A DNA stretch of 64,000 bases from Eledone cirrhosa (Eukaryota): positions 85,684,001-85,748,000 of the forward strand of contig OZ024745.1 in NCBI GenBank assembly GCA_964016885.1. The letters are read 5' to 3'. The position numbers and the translations under genes are program-made. Shown here in pieces: positions 40,440 to 52,623 of the stretch (the stretch's first letter is position 1; every line of letters starts with the position of its first letter). The notes under the pieces are model-generated. The model made no database searches and was not told where the DNA came from. It saw only the letters and a list, made by a program, of their open reading frames with translations.

Positions 40440-41399
40440 AATGGAGACATGATATGAAGCTTAAAAAACACTTGCGACCAGTGAAGTGTTAAATCAACAT
40501 ATGAAAAATAAAGTAAATGGATATATGAGATTGGGAAAAAAGAAGGGGGGGGGAGTAAGGAAGAGGAAGAAAGAAAATAAAGGATGACGGGGGAGAAGTA
40601 TCAGAAGGAAGGATGAGAGAGAAGGAAAATGAGTGATAGAGAGAGAGAAATAGCCTTTACAACTGAGACAACATTGTCTCACAGAGAGAAATTAAAAAAC
40701 CGTTGAAAGATAATGGATAATTTCAAAGGAATTTGAAATTAAAAGTTAATGAAGTTTATGAATGGTCATGTTTATGAATAAAGAAAGAGGAATTTATTTA
40801 TTTAAAGTTTATATATTGAAAGGTTTAATACTATGTGCGAAAAAAGAATTTATTAATATGTATTATTAAAATTAAGGATATTAAGGATATAATATGAAAT
40901 AAGGAGAGATTGAATGAATTATGAACTTAGAGGAATTAGTTAGGGTTTAAGTTTGATTTTATGTATTGTAATATGTAAAAGTAAATAATAGGTCTAATGC
41001 GAGTACGGAAGGAGAGAAGAAAGAAGAAAATTTAAGCAAGAAAAAATATCTAACGTCAAAAAGTATATATGTTTACAAAATTTTCTAATGGTAATATTAT
41101 GATATATTAAAAAAGATATAGTTTCTATGGCCAATAATAAAGGAAAATGGAAAAATGGAAAATGCCATAGTGAGTAATAATATGAATTAAGAAGTAATTG
41201 AGAAGTAAAAGTTACAGATTAAAGATTAGAAATTAAAAAAGAAAAAAGGAAGAAAGGAAAAAGAATAAAAAGAAGAAAGATAGGGGACCTCTAACAACAT
41301 AGAATGAGTAAATTGTATAATATAATATACTGATATAAGGTAGAAAGATGGGTATATTTATAAAAATTATAAAAGCCTTTGAGAAAAGAAGATTTTAAA

Positions 41400-42740
41400 C
41401 TAATTAGGTATTGAGATATTAGCTGTATACTTTATGGAAGTTCTATGGGATTTATGCAAACAGAGCGAAAATAAATCCGTACGTCTATTTATTATAGAAT
41501 TAAAATTAGATATAATGGTGAATTTCTCGACTAGGCAGAGATTACATCTTCTGGATAGGGAAGAATTCCGGTAAGGAAAGGCGGTGCAAACCTTTCTCCA
41601 AGAGATGTTATGGTTAATATTTGTGTCTTTTAAGGACCATATGAGTTCCGAGAGTGCCGAGTTAGTTCTTTTAAGTTTGTATTTAAAAGACGATTTGTGA
41701 TTATAAAATCTTGCTTTAAAGGAAGTGGAAGTGGAACCGAAATAGGTAAAAGAATTAGTACCAGTTATAACCTTACATTCATACACTAAGTTTTTTTTAT
41801 CAAGACATTGGTTATTAAGAGGACATTTAGTTCTAACAGGGCAATTACAATTACGATTAGAGAAATTAACATAGTTATTAACAAATGACATAGTATTATT
41901 TATATAAGGAATTGGATTGGAGAATTTATTTATGATAGGAACTATAGTTTCGTGATTTAGATTGGTGTTATGAACATTCATCGAGGTTACGTTTAACGTC
42001 GTATTTAAATTTACTGAATCTAGCCTAGAGTTAACATTGACGTCGGGATTACTATTGCTATTATTATGACGCTCAGTGTTAGATGGATATAATTTATTAT
42101 TTAATATTTTATTATTGTGTTTAGAGATAATGTTAGAGATGTTGGAAGTGGTGGAATAAGAGAATTTGATTGTATGTTTTTTAAAGATCTTACTATAGAT
42201 ATGCGAGGGAGGGAAGCATTTATCTAATGCCCTAAAGTATAGTTTAGGAATATTATTAGTAATAGATAGAGAAAAAGGAGCATTATACCAAATCATATTT
42301 TTGTATCTAGGTCTTTTATTTAAGTTATTGGAATGTTCATAATTAACTATTTTACTATAAGTCCTTCGATGATTGGTTTCTTTGCTGTATTTAATTTTAT
42401 CAGGATAACTGGCTTTGGAAAGCGCATTATTATAGTAATTGGCATTAGCGTCAAAGATAACTTTATTAGAGGATAGAGTTGAGATTCTTTTTTCAATATT
42501 ACTGACTATAGCATTTTTAACGTTAGTGCGGTGGTTAGATTTAAAATTAACATAATTTAGATTCTCATTGTCTTTATGGTGAGGGTAATATAGGCCAGTG
42601 TCAAGATTAAGGGATATATCCAGGAGGTTAGCTAGTTTGACGTTGTTATCAAATTCAATTTTAAGGCTATGGTGCTTAAGTATATCAAGTATATTGTTCT
42701 TAATAATATTAAGGTCAACTAAAGTTACAGTTTAAGACAG
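41400..42740 (-). pseudogene. PLE RT C-terminus plus GIY-YIG endonuclease (open frame, 5'-truncated)
   Basis: LLDISLNL..YYPHHKDN, MIWYNAPFS, NCNCPVRTKCPLNNQCL, LVYEC..YFGST and CNLC. Confidence 0.9.
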
Positions 42741-42878
42741 TAAAAATATATATATATTATATATATTATATATATATATATTATATATATTATATATATA
42801 TATATTATATATATTATATATATATATTATATATATATATTTATATATATATATGTGTAAATATTATATATATATATA

Positions 42879-42952
<74 letters not shown>

Positions 42953-43243
42953 TATATATATATATATATTATATATAAATATTATATATATATATATTAT
43001 ATATATATATTATTTATATATTATATATAAATATATATATTATATATATATATATTATTTATATATTATATATCTATTATATATATATATAACATATATA
43101 TCATATATATTATATATATATTATATATATATTATATATATATTATATATATATATATTATATTTATATATATTATATATATATTATATATATATATATT
43201 ATATATATATTGTATATATTATATATATTATATATATATATAT

Positions 43244-43277
<34 letters not shown>

Positions 43278-43682
43278 ATATAAATATATATATCGTTAAC
43301 TACTTTTCCCATCTTGACGTTATAGTCGCATATATGTTATAGAATGCCGTTAGCTTCTTGCTAAAACAATCTCTATACCTCTCATTTATATGTATACTCG
43401 GATTCTTTTCCTAGAGTGCTTAAACTATCTGTGACTAATCCCGGTTTTTTTCATAAAAACTGTGATAATTATTGCTATTTTGCTAAACTCCTTTGTAGAG
43501 TTTTTTTTCAGAATGTATTTGACTGCTATTTCTTGTAAATAAACATTCACTTCCATCCTGACGTCACTAGCCCCGTTTTTTCCTCATGTGCTTTTCCATA
43601 AATACACATGAAGGCGAACTAGCCAGTTTTAGAATTCCCTTTTTCGGATTATATTACTGTGAGAGCCCTGGTTTTCTGTTGA

Positions 43683-43764
43683 GCTCTGCTGATGAATGAA
43701 ATTCCAACCGTGACCATCTCCACTGAAAGTTTTCATGAAATAGTCTTTTAAGACTATACAGAGC
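43683..43764 (+). ncRNA. Full type I hammerhead, family K, copy 1
   Basis: gctctg-CTGATGA-atgaaa..tttcat-GAAA-tagtct ttta agacta-TA-cagagc. Confidence 0.9.
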
Positions 43765-44313
43765 ATTTGATGTTATTTCAAATTGAAGGATAAGTGTTTC
43801 AAACTTTATTTTATCATGAGTTAAAGGTCTATAGATTTTTCCCTGGATTTTACTAAATTCTGTGGATGAATTTATATCCTGATTCTCTTTTGAGATGAGT
43901 TTGAGTTATTTTTCCTAAATCTTTCGTTAACTACTTTTCCCATCTTGACGTTATAGTCGCATATATGTTATAGAATGCCGTTAGCTTCTTGCTAAAACAA
44001 TCTCTATACCTCTCATTTATATTTATACTCGGATTCTTTTCCTAGAGTGCTTATACTATCTGTGACTAATCCCGGTTTTTTTCATAAAAACTGTGATAAT
44101 TATTGCTATTTTGCTGAACTCCTTTGTAGATTTTTTTTTCAGAATGTATTTGACTGCTATTTCTTGTAAATAAACATTCACTTCCATCCTGACGTCACTA
44201 GCCCCGTTTTTTCCTCATGTGCTTTTTCATAAATACACATGAAGGCGAACTAGCCAGTTTTAGAATTCCCTTTTTCGGATTATATTACTGTGAGAGCCCT
44301 GGTTTTCTGTTGA

Positions 44314-44395
44314 GCTCTGCTGATGAATGAAATTCCAACCGTGACCATCTCCACTGAAAGTTTTCATGAAATAGTCTTTTAAGACTATACAGAGC
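44314..44395 (+). ncRNA. Full type I hammerhead, family K, copy 2
   Basis: Identical motif 631 bp downstream. Confidence 0.9.
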
Positions 44396-44657
44396 ATTTG
44401 ATGTTATTCCAAATTGAAGGATAAGTGTTTCAAACTTTATTTTATCATGAGTTAAAGGTCTATAGATTTTTCCCTGGATTTTACTAAATTCTGTGGATGA
44501 ATTTATATCCTGATTCTCTTTTGAGATGAGTTTGAGTTATTTTTTCTAAATCTTTCGTTAACTACTTTTCCCATCTTGACGTTATAGTCGCATATATGTT
44601 ATAGAATGCCGTTAACTTCTTGCTAAAACAATCTCTATACCTCTCATTTATATAAAT

Positions 44658-44775
<118 letters not shown>

Positions 44776-44837
44776 ACTATTATATATATATTATATATAA
44801 ATATTATATATATATATAATATATATATATATATATC

Positions 44838-44868
<31 letters not shown>

Positions 44869-45200
44869 ATATATATTATATATATATATATATTATATAT
44901 GTATATATTATATATATATATATATATTATATCATAAAACATGTCTATAGAATCACAAGATAAAATATATACTATTTTCTCTCCCAATTAGCATAATTAA
45001 CTATATAAAAAATCGAATAGACCAGGCTATAAGAATGAGGCTTCTATGCAGAAATCTCCGACAAATAACCAAAACTAGCCCTTCGCGTCGGCCGTAGAGG
45101 AATATTTATCGAATATTTCGACAGCGTAATCGCCCAGATACAGTCAACTAAACAGAATTAGGTGTAAAATAAACTAGGAGAAAATAGAATACATTTAAAT

Positions 45201-45296
45201 ACCTCTACCATGGTTTCATCCGTATTTTGAGTCTTCCAATAATTATGTAATTATGTAATAATTATATAAACTCGAGCGCAGGATTCATCAGGAAGT
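45201..45296 (-). ncRNA. Minimal hammerhead, family L, within a non-coding island at about 44930-45490
   Basis: Minus strand: acttc-CTGATGA-atcc...ggat-GAAA-ccatgg-TA-gaggt. Confidence 0.8.
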
Positions 45297-45571
45297 TCGC
45301 TCTTGTCGAGACACTAAATTTTCCGAAGTGATCGCGCCAAGAATTCATTTAAAATGGCTAAAATCGAGACGTAGGCGCGGTCAGGTTGGAAGGGGTGTGG
45401 TAGTTGCTTACGACTGGTGGCATTTTTGCTAGAAAGCACAGCACAATACCGCCAAATTTGTATCTCAAAGTGACCAGTTGCAAAACACGTATATATATAC
45501 ATGTATAAATATACATGTATATATATATATATATGTAAACTTTTATATATATATTATATATATATATATTA

Positions 45572-45619
<48 letters not shown>

Positions 45620-45705
45620 ATATATTATATATATATTATATATATATTATATATTATATATATATATATATTATATATATATTATATATATATATATATA
45701 TATAT

Positions 45706-45736
<31 letters not shown>

Positions 45737-45758
45737 GTATATATATATATATATTATA

Positions 45759-45830
<72 letters not shown>

Positions 45831-45836
45831 ATATAC

Positions 45837-45911
<75 letters not shown>

Positions 45912-46129
45912 ATTATATATATATTATAGATATATATATTATATATATATTATATATATTATATTATATATATATTATATATATATATTATATATATTAA
46001 ATATTATATATATATATATTATATATATATTATATATATATATTATATATATATTATATATAAATTATTATATATATATATTATATATATATATATTATA
46101 TATATATATATTATATATATATGTTATTA

Positions 46130-46191
<62 letters not shown>

Positions 46192-46212
46192 ATATATATT
46201 ATATATACATAA

Positions 46213-46324
46213 TGAGTACAAATCCCGCTGAAGTTGATTTGCCTTTCATCCTTACGGCGTCGATAAAAATAATGTACCAGTAATGCACTGGGTATTTGCT
46301 GGTATTGTGCCTAAAGTAGAAACA
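46213..46324 (+). mobile_element. SINE fragment (family of 14306)
   Basis: gagtacaaatcccgc..ttgcctttcatcc..gtcgataaaa..gtgcctaaagtagaaac. Confidence 0.8.
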
Positions 46325-47073
46325 ATTGTATATATATATTATATATATATATATATTATATATTTATATTATATATATATTATATATATATATTAAATAT
46401 ATATTATATATATATTATATATATATATTATATATATATATATATTATATATATATTATATATATATTATATATATATATATTATATATATATTATATAT
46501 ATATATTATATATATATATATTATATATATATATTATATATATATATATTATATATATATATATATTATATATATATATATATTATATATATATTATATA
46601 TATATATTATATATATATATAAGTATATTATATATATATATTATATATATATATTGTATATATATATTATATATATATATAAGTATATTATATATATATA
46701 TTATATATATATATTGTATATATATATTATATATATATATTATATATATATTATATATATATATTATATATATATATTATATATATATATATTTTATATA
46801 TATATATTATATATATATATTATATATTATTATATATATATATTATTTATAAAATATATTATGTATATATATATTATAAATATATATATATTATATTAGT
46901 TATATATATTATGATATATATATATATTATACATATTATGATATATATATATATAATATATATATATATTATATATATATTATATATATATACATAATAT
47001 ATATATATATTATCTATATATTATATATTACTATATCTATACATATATATATATATATATATATTATATATGC

Positions 47074-47203
<130 letters not shown>

Positions 47204-47206
47204 ACT

Positions 47207-48115
47207 ATATCCCAAATTAAGATAAATCAAACTGAATTTAATCTAAATCAAACTTATGGGTGTCATGCCACAAGGCATGCGCCATATCACCCGTAAAATA
47301 AGCTCAACGATTCTAATGAATAGTTCCGAGCATTTTATAATAACTAAAAATTGATTAACATATAAATAAACATATGAAACAATCACAGGGGATAATCTTT
47401 GCAAGTGTGCAAGCACACATAGCTAGGTAGGTAACTAAATAAAGTTAACTAGAACTTCAAAAAACCTTATAATATGAATAATCTTCCCTGTATATATTCC
47501 ATTAAAGAAATATATTTCACCAATTAATCGAATGGTTAACCACGGATGCCGAAACTTAGATTTTCAACAAGGAAGAAGTTCAGCTGTCTGTGTTTACGCA
47601 TTAAGTTCAAATAAGTGACAGGCCAGTAACACGTGTTGTATCTACTAACAATACACACATTATACCAGCTTCGTCTCAGTGGCGTGAATAGGGTTATCGA
47701 CAACTAGAAACAGCAGTCAAGTCCTTTAAACAGAGTTAGCTCTACAATTAAGGAGCCGTATTTATATATCTATATCCAAAATTAAGATAAATCAAAATGA
47801 ATTTAATCTAAATCAAACATATGGGTGTCATGCCACAAGGCATGCACCATATCACCCGTAAAATAAGCTCCAAGATTCTAATGAATAGGTCCGAGCATTT
47901 TATAATAACTAGAAATTGATTAACATGTAAATAAACATATGAAACAATCACAGGAGATAATTTTTACAAGGGTGCAAGCACAATATGATTGATATTCCCT
48001 GTATATATTCCATTAAAGAAATATATTTCACCAATTAATCGAATGGTAAGCCACGGATGCAGAAGCTTGATTGTTTCATATGTTTATTTATATGTTAATC
48101 AATTTCTAGTTATTA
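47207..48115. mobile_element. Terminally redundant non-coding element (about 565-bp period) with an inverted stub; no canonical HHR seen
   Basis: 47207-47420 is repeated at 47772-47982; 47483-47553 at 47993-48063; 48068-48115 is inverted. Confidence 0.7.
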
Positions 48116-48276
48116 TATATATTATATATATATATTATATATATTATATATATATTATATATATATTATATATATATATTATAAATATATTATATATAAA
48201 TATATAATATAAATATATTATATATATATATATATATTATATATATATATATTATATATATATTATATACATATAT

Positions 48277-48317
<41 letters not shown>

Positions 48318-49404
48318 TTAATACAATAACAGAGATAGCTTTAAGCTAAACTCCGACGGTAACCATCTCACTCAACAAACATTAGGTTATACGTTAGTAT
48401 AAACCCAATTTAAGTGTTTGGGGTGCTAACTATATGTATTTTGTGGAAAGCCAGTTGTATTATTTTATATGAGATATAATTAAAGTTAAAATATATCTCT
48501 CTTTCCAAACAATTGTTTCATTATAAGTTTTCTACAAGTTTGGAGAAAGTTTCCAGTTTATGTAGAAGCCTAACATATTTTCATGTAAGAAAATATTTAG
48601 GTGGGCACTTATAAATCGTCAGTGGAAGCCCATTAAACTTTGATATGAGAAAAAATTCCTTACCGCAGTTAATTTTCGTGTCCGCTAAGTTGTCTCTTCA
48701 CGCATCGAATGACCGCCAAATTTGAAATTCCAGCAGTCTTTTGACTGAGGAAGTATCATAGCGTCACGAAGAGGTAAAGGGAGACAACCACGAGTCACGA
48801 GAAAAGTAAAATAATATACACGTGGGTTAATTAGTTTTTTCAAAAACATTATCAATCCTGCGTGTTAAGAACTCAAATAATTTTTAAAAAATAAATGTAT
48901 GCGTGTATTAATTACACACGCATATAGATATTTTCTTAGGCTAAAAACAGAGAAATGATACCTAAAAACCAATCACATCTCATAACTGCAATAAATACGG
49001 AAAGTTACGCTTTAAAAGGCATTTGGGAATGTAAATCTCAGGCCAAATTAAGAGTAAAATATTTGATACACGCGAGTTAATTAGTTATTTCAAAACCAAT
49101 ATTAATTTCGCGTGTTAAGAACTCAATTAATTAAAAAAAATAAATGTATGCATGTAATTATTTACACACGCATATAGATATTTTCTCAGGCTAAAAACAG
49201 AGAAGTGATTCCCAATAAAACAAACAATATCTCATAACAGCAATAAATACGGAAAGTCATGTTTATAAGGTACCTGGAAATATAAATCTCTGGCCAAATC
49301 AAGAGTAAAATATTTAATACAATAACAGAGATAGCTTTAAGCTAAACTCCGACTGGTAACCATCTCACTCAACAAACATTAGGTTATACGTTAGTATAAA
49401 CCCA
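48318..49404 (-). mobile_element. Family D non-coding element, about 997-bp unit with a terminal direct repeat
   Basis: 48318-48405 is repeated at 49315-49403; internal duplication of about 250 bp within 48815-49315. Confidence 0.78.
48503..48627 (-). ncRNA. Hammerhead, family D, with a branched stem II insert
   Basis: Minus strand: ttcca-CTGACGA-tttataagt...acttataat-GAAA-caattg-TT-tggaa. Confidence 0.72.
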
Positions 49405-49742
49405 TATAGATATATGTACACACACCTACATACGCACACACAAATAATTATAATAAACAATATAATAACACAAATACCGTCACATAAGAATAAATATGAA
49501 TATAAAAATTATTATAAAGTTGACAGCGATACAGGCAACAAATAAATGAACAAACACATGTGGTAAGCAATACACACAATTGCACATACACATACATACG
49601 TAAAAATAAATACATACACACACATATACATATACACATACACATATACATACACACACACACATATATACATATACACACATATGTATGGGTGTAAAAC
49701 TCATTCTTAGATGTATTCATATGAACCTTGTTTAACTCTTAA

Positions 49743-49775
<33 letters not shown>

Positions 49776-50100
49776 TATATACATACACACACATATATAT
49801 AATTGTTTTTGTATGTATATATATAATAACCTCAGAAACGGCTTGAGTTCTGCCGTGGGGTCATACTTTTTCCTATATGTGTATATATATACGTATATGT
49901 ATGTATGTGTATGTATATGTGTGTGTATTTGTATGGTTGTGTGTGTGTGTTTGTGTATATATATATATGTGTATATGTATGTGTGTATGTATATGCATAA
50001 TTATATACAGTGATTTAATGCTTATTTTCATTGATCATTTGCTCCAGGAACTTGTTGAGTGCTCTAAATCAGCTATAAACATTTATACCCTTTTATAATT
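49405..50100. repeat. Fragments of the family B PLE 3' UTR in both orientations
   Basis: 49405-49740 is the reverse complement of sequence at 51745-52200 and 16980-17170; 49800-49950 matches 16120-16265. Confidence 0.75.
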
Positions 50101-50394
50101 ATTTATTTATTTATTATTTGTCGTATTCCCAACTTTTTATTTTTATATATATATAATATTTATGTATTTTCTTATATATATATGTGTGTGTGTGTGTATG
50201 TATGTATATGTATGTGTATATATATGTGTGTGTATGTATATATATATATATATATATTAGAAAGTGAGGTTTTTTTTACAAAATGAAAAATAACCGAGGT
50301 GTCCTACACGAGTGGAAGTATAAAGAAAAAGAGATGAAATCGAAAATGCAACTGAAGTCTTATTTTTTTTAAAAATATATATATTTATTTGGTT

Positions 50395-50432
50395 CCTTTA
50401 CCGGTTTCGCAGTTCTTCTGCTTTTCAAAAGG
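50395..50432 (-). ncRNA. 38-nt minimal hammerhead, family M (U3-A8 variant)
   Basis: Reverse complement of 51595-51632. Confidence 0.78.
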
Positions 50433-51594
50433 TGAGTTGAGATGGAGGGTCTGTGGTTTTTCTCACATCTGGTTGGTCTCTAAATGTTACTTGTTTTATA
50501 TGGAAAAAGTGGCTCGAAAGCCAGGTTTTTCGAGAAGTAATTTGATTGGTTTGTCAATAATTATAATCTACTAATAGAACCACTTTCCTACACACATATA
50601 TACACACACACACAACATATATATTCTCTCCATCTTAACATACTCGCACACACACACATAACACCCATATACACACACACACAACTCCCTCCCCCATCTC
50701 TACTAATAGAATCATCTTCCTACTAAAGGAATCACTTTCCTACACACACACATACACACACACACAATATATATATGTATATATTCTCTTCATCTTAACA
50801 TGCTAACCATACTCCCACACACATAACACCCATACACACACATAACAACCCCCACACCTACAACTCCCTCCCCATTTCTACTAATAGAACCACTTTCCTA
50901 CACACATATATATATACACACACACAAAATATATATTCTCTCCATCTTAACATACTCGCACACACACACATAACACCCATATACACACACACACAACTCC
51001 CTCCCACATCTCTACTAATAGAATCATCTTCCAATACACACATACACACACACACACACACACATATATACACACACACAAGCACACAAATAAACACATA
51101 TCTTCAGTCTCAATAGAAAATCTGAACTCTGACACCTGAACTCTGACAGCTGGCCATATTCACTGAACCAGAACATTTCTCCCAATCCCTTTTCCCTTGA
51201 CCACTATCTCTCCATTGTCATAACATTCACTATAAAGACTACAGAATAGTTTTCCAAATAAGGGCGCAAAAATGTAATGAAAACTTGTTCACATGACAGC
51301 CAAATTTCATTTATAACCAACCAAAAAAAAGCCTTCGTGAGCCTCCTTTTTTCAAGTAAAAAGACATTCAAACACTCATATATGAAAAAACAACCTGTGA
51401 CAACCCCCCCCCTCTCTCTTATTTGAAGAACTATTGTAACGCGAACTGGCGCGAAATTTATTATAATTATTGACAAACCAATCAAATTACTTCTCGAAAA
51501 ACCTGGCTTTCGAGCCACTTTTTCCATATAAAACAAGTAACATTTAGAGACCAACCAGATGTGAGAAAAACCACAGACCCTCCATCTCAACTCA

Positions 51595-51632
51595 CCTTTT
51601 GAAAAGCAGAAGAACTGCGAAACCGGTAAAGG
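51595..51632 (+). ncRNA. 38-nt minimal hammerhead, family M (U3-A8 variant)
   Basis: cctt-TTGAAAA-gcag aagaa ctgc-GAAA-ccgg-TA-aagg. Confidence 0.78.
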
Positions 51633-51863
51633 AACCAAATAAATATATATATTTCAAAAAAAAATAAGACTTCAGTTGCATTTTCGATTTCATCTCTTTT
51701 TCTATATATATATATATATATGTATATTTATATATATATATATTTATGTGTTAAACAAGGTTCATATGAATACATCTAAGAATGAGTTTTACACACATAC
51801 ATATGTGTGTATATGAATTTGTATGTATGTGTTTGTCTATATGTATGTATATATATATGTGTG

Positions 51864-51912
<49 letters not shown>

Positions 51913-52287
51913 GTGTGTGTGTGTGTATGTATATGGTTATGTGTATGTATGTGTATATGTATATGTATATATATGTGTATGTGTGTGTGTGTATTTATTT
52001 TTACGTGTGTATGTGTTCGTGCAATTGGATGTATTGCTTACCACGTGTGTTTGTTCATTTATGTGTTGCCTGTATCGCTGTCAACTATATAATAATTTTG
52101 ATATTCATTTTTATTCTTATGTGACGGTATTTTTATTATTATATTTTTTCTTATAATTATTTGTGTGTGCGCTTATGTAGGTGTGTGTACATATATCTAT
52201 ATTTGTGCATGCGTATGTATGCGTGTATATATGTGTGTATGTATGTGTGTGTATGTACGTATGTATATATGTATGATTGTGTGTATG

Positions 52288-52338
<51 letters not shown>

Positions 52339-52623
52339 CGTATTTAAGAAAGCCACAACAATGCAAAGGGAAATCTCGAGGTAGGAAGTGAAATATAGAT
52401 AGGAAAAACAGGTGAAAGTGAAAGTTGAGAGAGACAAAGATGAAAACAAAACAAAGGTAGAAGGGTTACCGTAGTAGAGATTTTAATCCCAATATTTCGG
52501 GCTCACGCCCATCAACGGGGGAAAAGTTCCAAAAGGGGGGAAAACAGGCCAAGCGGAGAAAGTGGTGATGTCGTTAAGACAGGAATGCCGTTATGGGGAG
52601 AAAAATATTTAAAATTTAAACGA

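Larger units (their letters stand above)
40335..42745 (-). mobile_element. 5'-truncated Naiad-type PLE
   Basis: Coding remnant at 41400-42740, AT-rich 3' UTR and a terminal HHR. Confidence 0.88.
43293..44651 (+). mobile_element. Head-to-tail array of a 631-bp non-coding HHR-containing monomer (2.15 copies), retrozyme-like
   Basis: tcgttaactacttttccc at 43293, 43924 and 44555; units are near-identical; (TA)n on both sides. Confidence 0.88.
50260..51703. mobile_element. Non-coding fold-back PLE derivative with inverted arms of about 245 bp and a CA-rich minisatellite interior
   Basis: 50324-50567 is inverted against 51460-51703; recurring ctactaatagaa units at 50568-51030. Confidence 0.85.
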
